A stretch of DNA of 64,000 bases from Azolla caroliniana. Lineage: Eukaryota; Plantae; Polypodiophyta. This document shows positions 14,035 to 25,004 of the stretch, in pieces. Numbering within the stretch: position 1 is the stretch's first letter; each line of letters opens with the position of its first letter. Both the position numbers and the translations under genes were made by a program. Where the stretch lies: the NCBI GenBank assembly GCA_043228905.1, contig JBHGNT010000022.1, forward strand, positions 186,001 through 250,000, written 5' to 3'. The notes under the pieces are model-generated. The model saw nothing but the letters and a program-made list of their open reading frames with translations, was not told the DNA's origin and ran no database searches.

Positions 14035-14295
14035 GAACCACAAACTCGATCACAATTCAACGAGTTAACAAACTGTAATGCAAATGTAACCTAATGTAAT
14101 GAACAACAAACTCGATCACAATTCAACGAGTTAACAAACTGTAATGCAATGTAATCTAATGTAATGAACAACAAACTCGATCACAATTCAACGAGTTAAC
14201 AAACTGTAATGCAATGTAATCTAATGTAATGAACCACAAACTCGGTCACAATTCATCCAGTTAACAAACTGTAATGCAATGTAATCTAATGTAAT
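14035..14295. repeat. Intronic minisatellite, 4 x 65 bp
   Basis: GAAC.ACAAACTCGATCACAATTCAACGAGTTAACAAACTGTAATGCAATGTAATCTAATGTAAT starts at 14035, 14101, 14166 and 14231. Confidence 0.95.
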
Positions 14296-14327
14296 GGACC
14301 AAAGGATTAGGTGTGTAATTTGCTCAC

Positions 14328-15352
14328 CGATCGCCTTTGATTTTGAACCAAGCTTCGGCACACTTTCGATGAACGAGGGCCAAATCATCTTTACAAGCGC
14401 ACCCAAGCTTCGTCGCTTCACCGGATATGGAGTTTAGGTCAACACTCATATAACATACTCTACAACATTCTCCATGTCCATGTCCTTCTTCTTCTTCTTC
14501 TTCTTCTTCTTCTTCTCCTTCATCATCATCACCATCACTATTGTCTTCTTCCTCCTTAGGTTTCTTCACATGGGGCAGTACTCCACATGAGTTTAAGCCT
14601 TTCTCTGCATCACCACCATCACTTGCATAGCTCCTCCCATGGCTAGGGTTAGCATTACCATCATTGGCATAGGTTCTTCCCTGGCCAGGGCTAGAATCAT
14701 CCTCATTTGCATAGCTTCTTCCATGGCTAGGGTTAGTATTACCCTCATTGGCATAGGTTCTTCCCTGGCCAGGGCTAGAATCATCATCATTTACATAGCT
14801 TCTTCCATGGCTAGGGTTAGCATTACCATCATTGGCATAGATATGAGCATAGGTATGGTTAGTATCAGTTTCATCCACATAGGTCCTTCCATGGCTATGG
14901 TTAAAATCACCATCATTGTCATAGGTCCTTCCATGGCTATGGTTAAAATCACCATCAGTGTCATAGGTCCTTCCATGGCTAGGGTTAGCATCACCATCAG
15001 TGCCATAGGTTCTTCCATGGCTGTTGTGAGCATCGCCTGAATCATGCACATAGCTCTGTTCATGGATATGGTCAACATTATTACATGAATCATCAACAGA
15101 GCTTCTATGGCTAGGGTTCCTATCATCATGATGTTGTATATGAGCAGCATAACTCATGCCTTCTTCTCCTTCTTCATCAGTGCTGGAAGAAGCAGAAGAC
15201 GAAGAAACAGAGGACCTGTCTTCTTCTTCAGTTTCCCTGTCTCTAGTATCAGAGCTCCATGTGATATGAGAAGGCGTATCGACATTAATGGACGCTTCTG
15301 GTCGCTGGACCTGCATTCTTATTGTATCCATGGAAGGCTCTGGTGTATGCAT
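14328..15352 (-). CDS. RING-CH E3 ubiquitin ligase, coding exon 1 (spliced product ~412 aa)
   Basis: Open frame ending CRVCYM...LGCACKDDLALVHRKCAEAWFKIKGDR. Donor CG|gtgag at 14327; the phase-2 join to exon 2 restores ...KGDRICEIC. The start codon is the first ATG after an in-frame stop. Confidence 0.88.
14603..15022 (-). repeat. Coding tandem repeat, 10 x 42 bp (14 aa, SHGRTYxxDGDxNP-like)
   Basis: Visible in the translation of exon 1. The later units alternate SHGRSY..DDSSP / GQGRTYAN.GN.NP, giving an 84-bp higher-order unit. Confidence 0.95.
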
Positions 15353-15659
15353 ATTACAGTATAGTAATCATGGAGACTTGTGGTTGAGAAGGAACCATAG
15401 CTTCTGTAGCAGAGAAAGAAGGCAAACATGAAGAAGAAGAAGAAGATGAAGAAGATGAAGAGGAAGCAGGAAATGAAGAGAAAGGTAGCATAGCTTCTGA
15501 TGGCTATGGCTACCAGAAACCGAGGATAAGCAGAGCCATCATCAGAATTCATCATGGAAGATAATAAACTTATGATCCCCAATTTTATGATAATTATTAA
15601 TTGTCAAATTCAGAAGAGATAGTGACTGATGGATCAGAATTCAGACAACAAAGGGGGCT

Positions 15660-15723
15660 AGAGAGAGATGAGAGAGAGAGTGTGTGTGTGGGTCTGATCA
15701 GTCCTTGGGCCCCTCTCCTGCTC

Positions 15724-15758
<35 letters not shown>

Positions 15759-16430
15759 AACAGACAGGAAGACAAGGAGTACATATGGTAGAGAGAGAGA
15801 AACAGAGCAAAGAGAGCGAGAGAGAGTGTGTGTGTGCACTGTGTATGTGTGTAGAGAGAGAAACAGGGCAAGAGAGAGAGAGAGACAGTGTGTGTATGTG
15901 TGTAGAGAGAGAAACAGGGCAAAGAGAGTGAGAGAGAGTGTGTGTGTAGAGAGAGAAACAGAGCAAAGAGAGTGAGAGAGAGTGAGAGAGTGTGTATAGA
16001 GATAAACAGAGCAAAGAGAGTGAGAGAGAGTGAGAGAGTGTGTAGAGAGAGAAACAGAGCAAAGAGAGTGAGAGAGTGAGAGAGTGTGTAGAGAGAGAAA
16101 CAGAGCAAAGAGAGTGAGAGAGAGTGTGTGTGTAAAGAGAGAAACAGAGCAAAGAGAGTGAGAGAGAGTGAGAGAGTGTGTAGAGAGAGAAACAGAGCAA
16201 AGAGAGTGAGAGAGAGTGTGTGTGTAGAGAGAGAAACAGAGCAAAGAGAGTGAGAGAGAGTGTGTAGTGTGTAGAGAGAGAAACAGAGCAAAGAGAGTGA
16301 GAGAGAGTGTGTGTGTAGAGAGAGAAACAGAGCAAAGAGAGAGAGAGAGTGTGTGTGTGTAGAGAGAGAAACAGAGCAAAGAGAGTGAGAGTGTGTGCAA
16401 AAAACAAAGTGTGTGTGTGTGTGGATAGAG
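15660..16430. repeat. GA/GT compound minisatellite (~40-46 bp unit)
   Basis: GTGTGTAGAGAGAGAAACAGAGCAAAGAGAGTGAGAGA repeated more than 12 times. Related units at 21475-21540 and 22320-22692. Confidence 0.95.
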
Positions 16431-16556
16431 AAACACACCGAAGAGTTCTGTAGAGAGACAGAGAAAGAAAGATATATTAACGTCTTCTAAGGCTAAAATT
16501 GGCCCATGAGACAATTGGTTTACAACAAAAAATGGGATAATTTACTCATTTATCGA

Positions 16557-19500
16557 AAAGTAAAAAATAAAAATAAAAATAAGATAAAAAATAGAGTTTT
16601 AAGCTAAATAGTTCTAGTAAAATAGCAAACATGTTCTATATAAAAAACATGTTCTACAATGAAAATGATGTTATACTAGTCTCTCGAAGAGAAGCAGGAG
16701 GTCAAAGGGTTTCGATGTGGATGTGGCCCGTGGCCCGTGGCCCCAATGTAAAAAGGTACCCCAAACATAGCTTCTAGTCGACATAGCTCACGTTCCCTTA
16801 TCTTCTTAATCCTTTCTACTCCATGTCGACTTGTTTTGAAGCCTAACATCCGAGGGCATTTGGTTGTTCTTTGCGTTTCGGCTTCCTCAAGAGAGAGGTC
16901 GAGCGGCGTAAGTGTATCCACATTCATCGTCTCCCCTTGTTCCTGAAAAATTACACTAGTTATAAGTTGATGAATAGTAAAAGGGTTATGGTTAACACTT
17001 TGTAATTTATTCTCCCTATGTTGTTTTAGCTCTAAGATATACCTACCTAGTCTATTTACATCCGGGGTATCTAATAGTTTGGAGAGGGTGGGAGAGGGTC
17101 CTAATATGTCTTGGTATTCCACTCGTATCTCAGCATAAGTTGGGCACTTGCATGTGAAGTGATACTCATCCTCTATCTCTATGTGGCACAACCTACATAG
17201 CCTTTCCTCCCTAGGGACTCTATTAGCCCAACCATTCTCAATCTCAAGTTGGTGAGATGATATCCTAAGTTGTCCAATGGTCACCCTTAGTGCATTTGAT
17301 AAGAATGTATCTAGATATCTTGGTCGTGTAATAAAACCTAATTGAGAGAAGTGCAAGAAGTGTTCCTTATAATACAACATTTCAGATGGGAGTGGCTCTC
17401 ATGGGGTGATCCATTTATATTGAGTGTAAATTTGCCATATTTCTTGGCGTCTCACTCTATTACGGTCTTCATGAGATATTAGAGTTTGGCCAGTCCCATG
17501 GTTGTCCATAAGGAGGGGGGGTAGGTCTTGAATGTCTATGCCGTTTGCAAGTAACCAACTCACCACAGTGCTATACCAAGAGCTAGTGTCTCCAGATGCA
17601 TGTAGGGATTGAGATGCCTCAAAGGCTCGACGGGATATCCTATCTTGTAGTTGGCAATGTATCCAATGAATAAAAACTACCACTTGAAAGAGTGCTTCTA
17701 CTAACATCGGGGGCAAACTGAACTCTGCTCTAATAATGTCATGTGGTACTATCGATTTGCTTCGGAGTTGACGTGATAACATCGTCACCAAAAGTCTCTC
17801 TAATTGCGTCCACATGAAAGATGGTAGACCTGGAGCCCATACTATTGATGCATACATGAGGGAAATGGTCACTAATGAGTCGAAGAGCCATCCCTTAGTC
17901 CGTGGCTCTTGAAAGTATGCCTGGTGGCATTGTCTCTCTAAGAGTGAGAGGGATGCATACCCTCTCGTTAGCCTATCTTTGGCTGCATGGGTCATTGAGA
18001 ATTTACCTAAGCGAGCACTAAAAGTGACTCCCAAGTATACATATGATCCAACTACCTCAACTAGTTTATGAGAGAGGATTAGGTGACATTTACTCCTAAC
18101 TCAGGACGATGTATGAACAATAAGGACTTTAGTTTTCGCTAGATTCACTACCAGTCCTCGTTGTGTACAAAAGTCATCTAGGGCATTAAGATGCTTTTGT
18201 AGGTCGTGTTCTGACTCCGAGAGCAAGAGAATGTCGTCTGCGTAGAGCAAGAGATTAACTTGCGTATCCCCAATAGCTACACCCTTGCCTCCCTTACGAG
18301 CAATAAAATAAGTGATCTCATCAATGTAGATCCCAAAAAGCGTTGGTGATAGGGGCAACCCTGTTTTACACCAATGGTGCTAGTGAAACAATCAGATAGG
18401 CCACTTGGGCGTCTTACGCACTCGGAGACGTGCTCATATAGGGCATAAATGGCCCAGATCATGTCATTTGGTATCTCAAAGCTCTTAAGTTTATCAAACA
18501 ACTTCTCCTTAGGAATTGTGTGAAAGGCTTTGCGGAAGTCCACAAAGCAACAATATAGTTTCTTCTTACGAGCCGTTGTCTGGTCAATTAAGCACCTAAG
18601 TGTGAAGATATGGTCAATAGTGGAGAAGGCTCGTCTAAAGCCAGCCTGCTCAGGTGCTCGAAGACTTAATGTTTCCATATAATCGTTGACCTCCGCTTCC
18701 ATTACCGCACCATATAGTTTAATGAGCGTATGAGTTATCATAATGGTCCTATATGTATTTGGGTCCATTGGGTCCCCTCCTTTATGTATAGGGGCCACTG
18801 TGTTCATGGTCCATTGTGGTGGAAAACCCTCGGCGAGGGCACGATTGAAGATTAGAGTGAGAAAGAGGGCTAGGCACTCTCGAGCATATATGATGTGCTC
18901 GGCTCACAATCCTGTGTGGTCCATGGATTTCCTATGTTGTAATTTTTTTATGACCTTCGTGACCCTAGAGGTCGTGAAGGTCGGGGTGTGGAAGGCATTG
19001 GGATGGGTGGTTGGTTCGGGACATGGTAGAGTCTCTCGATATATGTGTGCCAAATATTGGGATCCTCGAGGGGTGTTTGTGGTCGCGGTTCTCGTAGTCT
19101 CTTCCATGCAAGGGCGCAATCCCTACTCATGAGCATATGGTAGAGTTCCCAATATTGGGATGCTTCCCAAGCTTGTCTTTTACGACGTGTCATCTTGCGC
19201 ATCTCTTTTCGAGACTGTACTGAGGAAATAGTACCACTAAGTCGCGACACTTTAAGTTGTCTATACAACTCTCTACAATCCTCGTCATACCACTTGTTTT
19301 GTGGCATGGACCCTATTCTACTATGATTGGAGTGTTTCGTGTATGGGAAGCTACTAATTGTTGTTGAGTGAAGGGTGTGTGCGAGTTCTGTAGTGAGGTT
19401 CTCTAAAGGCAAGGGAGAATCAAAAGAGGAGAGATGGGCTTGAACATGTCGGGAGTAGATGTCAGTGAGCTCATGCGTGAAATGTATTATGGTGTGATGG

Positions 19501-21270
19501 TTTGGTTGACTAGAGTTGGTGGCGTGGGAGGTGTCGCATTTTAGCTCAAAGTATAGGAAGCTATGGTCTGCACCAATGGGGCGTGCGACCAGACGGAAGG
19601 AGTTAACCATGTGGGTAGCTTCAGGGCGTCCTATTAGGTAATCAATTGTGCTTTCCCCTCCTCCATGTGGGAAACATGTGAGTGCTTCCGAGCCCGGCCA
19701 CTTGGCTAAGCCATTGTATATGATCATCTCGTGTCAACTTCCAAGTTCAAGCAGATGATGGCCAAAGCTTGTGGCGTCCACACCTTGATCCTTTGATGTA
19801 CGCGTTATGTCTAAGTCTAAAGGGTCGATATTCACCATTTCGAGGTTTCTATCCATTTGAAATATTGTGCATTGTCGGGATTGGGTTCTCGCATTGAAAT
19901 CTCCTACAAGGAAGACTTCCCCTTGAGAAGAATATTGGATTATGTCATCCGATAAAGGTTCGTATGGAGAAGGCCCATGTAGCGTTCCTTCATCAACTAT
20001 ACTCGCCTCTCCAGCCATATTGTACTGGGATCCTCTCGGGGGGGAAGTAACACACGGTGATAAATATCGCCTAATCCTTGCTAGTGAGGACTTTCACCCA
20101 CATAAAACGGGCTTCTGGGTCTTTCTCTAGTATTTCTATCCTATTATGTATCATTCTACGAAATAGTATCGCAACCCCTCTAGACCCTCTAGTAGTATGT
20201 CGACATGAAGTTTGTCTAAATATAGATTCCCAACAAAAACCATCAACTTGTGGCAGTCCTCGATTTGGAATCTGATGTGTTTCTATTAAAAAAAGTATGT
20301 TAGATACCTTCAAAATCTCCTCTAGATGGCCAGGGTGTGTCCAAAGTGCACCGTTACAGTTCCATAAAGTCATCCTATGTTTATAGTTTGTCATATGGGC
20401 CACACACCGTCAATTGGCGGCGCAATAATTTATTATCACACGTCCATCTCGGTAAAAAGCACGATGCCCCCTTTACGAGCTTGTATGACTTGCGGCATAC
20501 AAGTTTTACAATGCTCAATTTGCATCTTGTTAGGTCTTCATCAAGATAGATAGGGTTCCCGCCCAATCCTTGAAGAATTGGTCTCTTTTTAAAAAATGTG
20601 ATTCAAGATTCTGAGTCCTTAAACTGAAGAACCAAAGCTCTAATGGTGTCACGTCCTACCCTCCAAGTTTTAGTGATTGGTACGGCTTTGTACCCCAACA
20701 TTTTCCCTGTGCATCTTCGTCGGGAGATGCCCCTTCCTTGAGCCCAGTGACCCGTACATTTAGGCGTTGAGCTTGACGCATTTTTTCCTCCTCAAGGGTA
20801 GTGTTTACAATATTTTCATCCTTTAGTTCCTTTTTAATATTACATTTTACTACATCAACCCACCTAGTTTTTTCTAATTCCATATTGCTTTAAACCTCTT
20901 CCTTAACCTTTTTGATCTTGTCCTTAATATCCTCTAGGGAAGATATCTCAAGGTCCTTAACTTGTTTCTAAAGGTTCATGTTGTCTACTTTAAGTTTCAT
21001 TATTTCAGCAATAAGCACTTCTTTTTCTTCCTTATCTTTTTGTTTTTAAGTTTCAATCTCTTTCGCCCATTTTTCTATTTTAACGAAACGGTTAAGGACA
21101 TCTAAAAATTCTTCCTTACGTGTAATTTCTTTGTGTGTTTCCTTATGGTTTCGTCTAGAAGTCATGTTGTATTTGAAAACATAAAAGAAAGAAAAGACAA
21201 AAATGACAAAAAACTTAGATGAGCATCGGTGCCTTGTGTGCTAGGTACAAGTGTAGAAGCACATTTATAC
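16557..21270 (-). mobile_element. LINE, RTE-X-like, near full length but decayed
   Basis: Coiled-coil ORF1 remnant (ATG 21165 to ~20500). Endonuclease TLWNCNG, GDFNAR, IDY, DH (20403-19500). RT EQAGFRR, FVDFRKAF, GVKQGCP, LLYADD (18807-18101). C-terminal LRISSHQLEIE...ERLCRLC..IEDEYHF.CKCP.Y. Ends are approximate; the clade call is inference. Confidence 0.85.
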
Positions 21271-21534
21271 TCTCTCGTTTATCAACCGATGATGTTGTCA
21301 GAAGCATAGGTGACAGTTGTGGTCGACAATGACTACAAACCAAATAACGGTGGCAACAACGATGACGACGACGACGATGGCAACAACAACAGCAACGATG
21401 ATAGACGACGACAGACGGCGGCGGTGGCAGGAACGATGGCTACGACGGTAGGCAGTAGAAAGAGTCCTTGGTAGTAGAGAGAGAGAGAGAGAAGAGAGAG
21501 AGAGTGTGTGTGTGTGGAGAGAAATGGCGAGAGA

Positions 21535-22319
21535 AACAGTGGGCAAACGGTGCGGTAAAGGCAAAGAAACTTAACTGAACTGTTTATATAAAACAAAAAC
21601 CAAACCGAACAGTTTATAAACTCTCAAGTATTTAATTCCCATCATTTAATAAAAAGTAAGTCAAACCATTTAAACCCAAACCATTTAATAAAATGTAAAC
21701 GAAATCATTTAAACCCTAATCATTTAAGGAAAAGTTAAAACCAAATTGAACCATTTAAACGAGCTAATGAAACGTATAAATAAACAAATACCCTAGGCAC
21801 CAAGTTGTTTCACGCAAATAGATGGATAATTATCAATCCTCCTTGTATTGTAGTAGCAGGCTTCAGTCCCCTGGCAATGCTGGGTCAGCTACACGTTCGA
21901 CATATCAGAACAACTGATACGGAATCACTGCGATGATACAAGTTGCGACAACAGCTGCTTAGAAATTTCTATCTTTTGCTAGATTGATGAACTGATCCTG
22001 ATTTGTCGTTTCAAAGATTGACGAATAACTTCATATTCTTTTACTAATTCTTTAAATAATTATTTAAGTTAAATTTATTAAATCAATAAAAGAAACTTTC
22101 ATTGAGCCATTAAATTAAATAAACATTTAAGTTAAATTAATTAAGTTAATAAACTACAAAGGTTGAAAAAAAGTTAACCAAAAACCAATAAACCAAAACC
22201 GAACCGTTTATCGAAAATTCAAACCAAACCAAACCATTAAAGTGTTTGGGAACCAATAAACTGTTAAACCATGGCTTAATGGATCGATTTGGTTTGAGCC
22301 AAAACTGTGCCCATCGCTA
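21535..22319. mobile_element. Possible non-autonomous hAT-like DNA element
   Basis: Ends TGCCCATCGCTA and begins near GTGGGCAAACGG, with dense subterminal AAACC(G/A) motifs at both ends. The left TIR is degenerate and no clear TSD was found. Confidence 0.35.
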
Positions 22320-22692
22320 GCAAAGAGAGTGAGAGAAGAATGTGTACAGAGATAGAGAGAGAAACAGAGCAAAATGAGCAAGAGAGAGAAGAGAAACAGA
22401 GCAAAGAGAGTGAGAGAGCATGTGTGTAGAGAGAGAAAGAGAAATAGAGGAAAGAGAGAGAGAGAGAGAATGTGTAGAGATATATAAAGAGAAAGAAAGC
22501 AAAGAGAGTGAAAGAGCATGTGTGTAGAGAGAGAGAGAGAGAAGAGAAACAAACCAAAGAGAGTGAGAGAGCGTGTGTGTAGAGAGAGAGAGAGAAATAG
22601 ATCAAAGAGAGGAAAACAGAGAAGGAAAGCAAAGCAAGAGAGGGTGTGTGTGTAGAGAGAGAAACAAGAGAGAGAGAGAGAGCAAGAGAGAG
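22320..22692. repeat. Degenerate GA/GT minisatellite, same family as 15660-16430
   Basis: Repeated GAAACAGAGCAAAGAGAGTGAGAGA..TGTGTGTAGAGAGAG units. Confidence 0.85.
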
Positions 22693-23082
22693 GTCACTTG
22701 GGTGAGAGATATTACCATGGAATGGAATGGAAGATTAGATGAGGTGAGATGGCATGACATGTGGGGTGAGAGAGATTACCATGGAATGGAATGGAAGATG
22801 AGATGAGATGGCATGTCATGTCATGGCATTCCATGCTGATCCACGTTCCATGGCCTGTTGCCTGCTTTCGAAATGTCCTGGACAACAACTGGACATGCTT
22901 CTTCTTTAACAATTGGACATGCTTCTTCTCTATACGTTGATCTTAAGCGGAGTTACCTCTAAGTGTTTGTGTATGAATATATATAAGGGTATAAATAAAA
23001 GTGTGTGTTATGTATGTTTAAATATATATATTGTGGTGTCCCTTGGATGCAAGTGCATGCCTTCATGTTGGGTGTGCATGTG

Positions 23083-23534
23083 TGTTACCGATTAGGAACA
23101 CAGTCTACGATCAGTCCTTCGACTGTGTTGCAACGGATGGTATCATCGTTGTGTAATACTTAGTGGGATACCTCCCGTAACCTAGTAGCGTATAAGGGAG
23201 ACGGCTACAACCGAGCTCCTTAGATAGTGGACTAGCAACCACACCGTTACTCACGCCTACGCTCTTACGACTGCGCTACGCCACCAAGGATAACAGACAC
23301 ACAGTAGATTAACCACAGATACGCACAGATATTAGAGAAGATAGAACTCTATTAAGATACGCCTCTTACATTCAAAATTACACGCTACCTCTACCAGAGG
23401 TTTTCTGCCCTTTATATACACAAGGTCTTTTAGCTGTTCACGCTTCCCGCGTGAACCGTTTACATGTGTTACAATATTACTCTATTCTATATTATTGCGC
23501 TCTTGTCCGTCGGTTACTATTTCGGCGGAAAACA
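23083..23534 (-). repeat. Element A 3' LTR
   Basis: Direct repeat of 44223-44691; TATA motif on the minus strand near 23411-23418. Confidence 0.95.
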
Positions 23535-23536
23535 CC

Positions 23537-23577
23537 TGGCACGCATGTGGGACAGTGCCATGGCACGTCGGACCCAC
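23537..23577 (-). other. tRNA 3'-half-like sequence at the PPT position of element A
   Basis: Minus strand reads GTGGG TCCGA cgtgccatggcact GT CCCAC ATGCGTG CCA, ending 2 nt before the LTR. Confidence 0.75.
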
Positions 23578-24415
23578 CCCTTTAATCTTCCTCCAAAATG
23601 GCCCTGATGTTTGGTTCAACTATGGTCTCCGGGTCCGGGAATGGGGTAGGGCCCCTAGGCGCGTCGTTGTGTGGTTCCCCGGCTTGGTCGGGAGGGCTTC
23701 ACATGGTGTTGCTGGCTTCCTGTGTGGGTGGTCCGGGTTCTGCAAGCTCTTCTTGGGCTATTGGGGTTGGTTCAGCCGACCACGGGGTTGCGGATGAATC
23801 AGATAATACAATAATTGTGAAGATAACATTTTAAATAAATTCAATATCTAAGTACAAAATGATGGAGGTTTCGAATGTACTTTATTACACGAGAAACGGA
23901 CAACTAAATGTCAAGATATGAGGGTATAAAGTTTGTGAAAGGAAAAGAGAAAATTGTGAGATATCCCACATACGCATGACAAATACGGCTCTCATCATAT
24001 ATAAGGTAGAGCAAAAGATGTTATCTTTGTGTCTATGTGTGGAGCATAGAGAGTTCAAGGTAACTTGAACTAAGAGTGGAAGTGGGCTAGCTACTCATAA
24101 AGGGTTTTGGCCAACCAAAACCGGATCGGCGATGGAGCCGGTGATCCGGCGCCAGTGAGACACCGGCATCCGACGGCAATCCGGCGGCAATCCGGCGACG
24201 GCAAGGTGACGGCATCCGGCGCCGGTGAGACGACGACATCCGGCGAGGGACCGGTAACCGACGGCATCCGGCGGCGGCACTGGTATCCGGCGGCAACCAG
24301 CGACGACGAGGTGACGGCATCCGACGCCGGTGAGACGATGGCATCCGGCGAACCGGCGTCCGGTGACTAGATAAATAAATATATAAATATATATACATAT
24401 ATACATATACAAGGA

Positions 24416-24483
24416 GGGCAAGTAAGGATTCGAACCTTGCACCTCCGAGTTAGGAGTCAATTGGCTTACCATTAAGCCATGCC
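24416..24483 (-). promoter_or_regulatory. tRNA-like Pol III A-box/B-box cassette in B 5' LTR (second copy 30987-31053)
   Basis: TGGCTTAATGG (A-box, 24479-24469), D-stem GCTT/AAGC and GGTTCGAATCC (B-box, 24436-24426). Acceptor and anticodon stems are degenerate. Confidence 0.7.
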
Positions 24484-25004
24484 ATTTAGTTGAATGTATA
24501 TTTCTATCATTGTACTTTTACATGTAAATTCTCATACATGAGAGCTAAAATGAGTGACATGGTTATCATGTACCACATGTAATACATAAGCGCCAAATGG
24601 CAAACAAGCATTTTATGCATGTCTTGTACCCTCACATGCATCATATGCATGAGAGCATCTATAAAAGAAGGAAGGGGGAGGAGAAAAAACGTTTTTTTTT
24701 TTTGTTATGAAATTAAGAAGAAGAAATTCGTTATCAAATTGATCGTGCAACTTGTTTCTTAAATCCAAAGATAAAAGTTCAATCAATCTCTCTCAATCGT
24801 TTAATCTCAACTTCTCTCTTTCCCAATCTATCTTAAGTACTTTCTCGCCAAAGCTTGTACCGACTTTGAATCCTTCCGGTCCAGAACCTCGGCGGTTCCA
24901 CCTCACGATCCGCACGTAGTGACGGATCCTCACGACATAATTAAGTGGTGAACCCGTCGTGAAAGAGGCGGTAGGAAGGATCAAGTCAAGATTAATACTT
25001 GGAG

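Noticed and set aside
14035-14295. Regularly spaced repeats resembling a CRISPR array
   Set aside because: Units are contiguous with no unique spacers, there are no cas genes, and the context is a eukaryotic intron.
14593-15150. Alternative-frame and antisense ORFs over the RING exon
   Set aside because: Shadows of the 42-bp coding repeat; the RING frame explains the region.
15597-16514. Long ORFs (up to 305 aa) on both strands
   Set aside because: They are translations of the GA/GT minisatellite (LSLSH/ERERE); open frames arise from the stop-poor repeat.
21700-21725. Telomere-like TAAACCCTAA
   Set aside because: Single unit within an AAACC-rich tract; not an array.
24087-24472. Arg/Pro-rich ORFs in the B LTR (and similar ORFs in C and E LTRs)
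   Set aside because: Products of GC-rich LTR repeats with no recognisable domain.
24416-24483. Call as a functional tRNA-Arg(CCT) gene
   Set aside because: The acceptor stem has only ~4 pairs and the anticodon stem is irregular; reported as a tRNA-like cassette instead.
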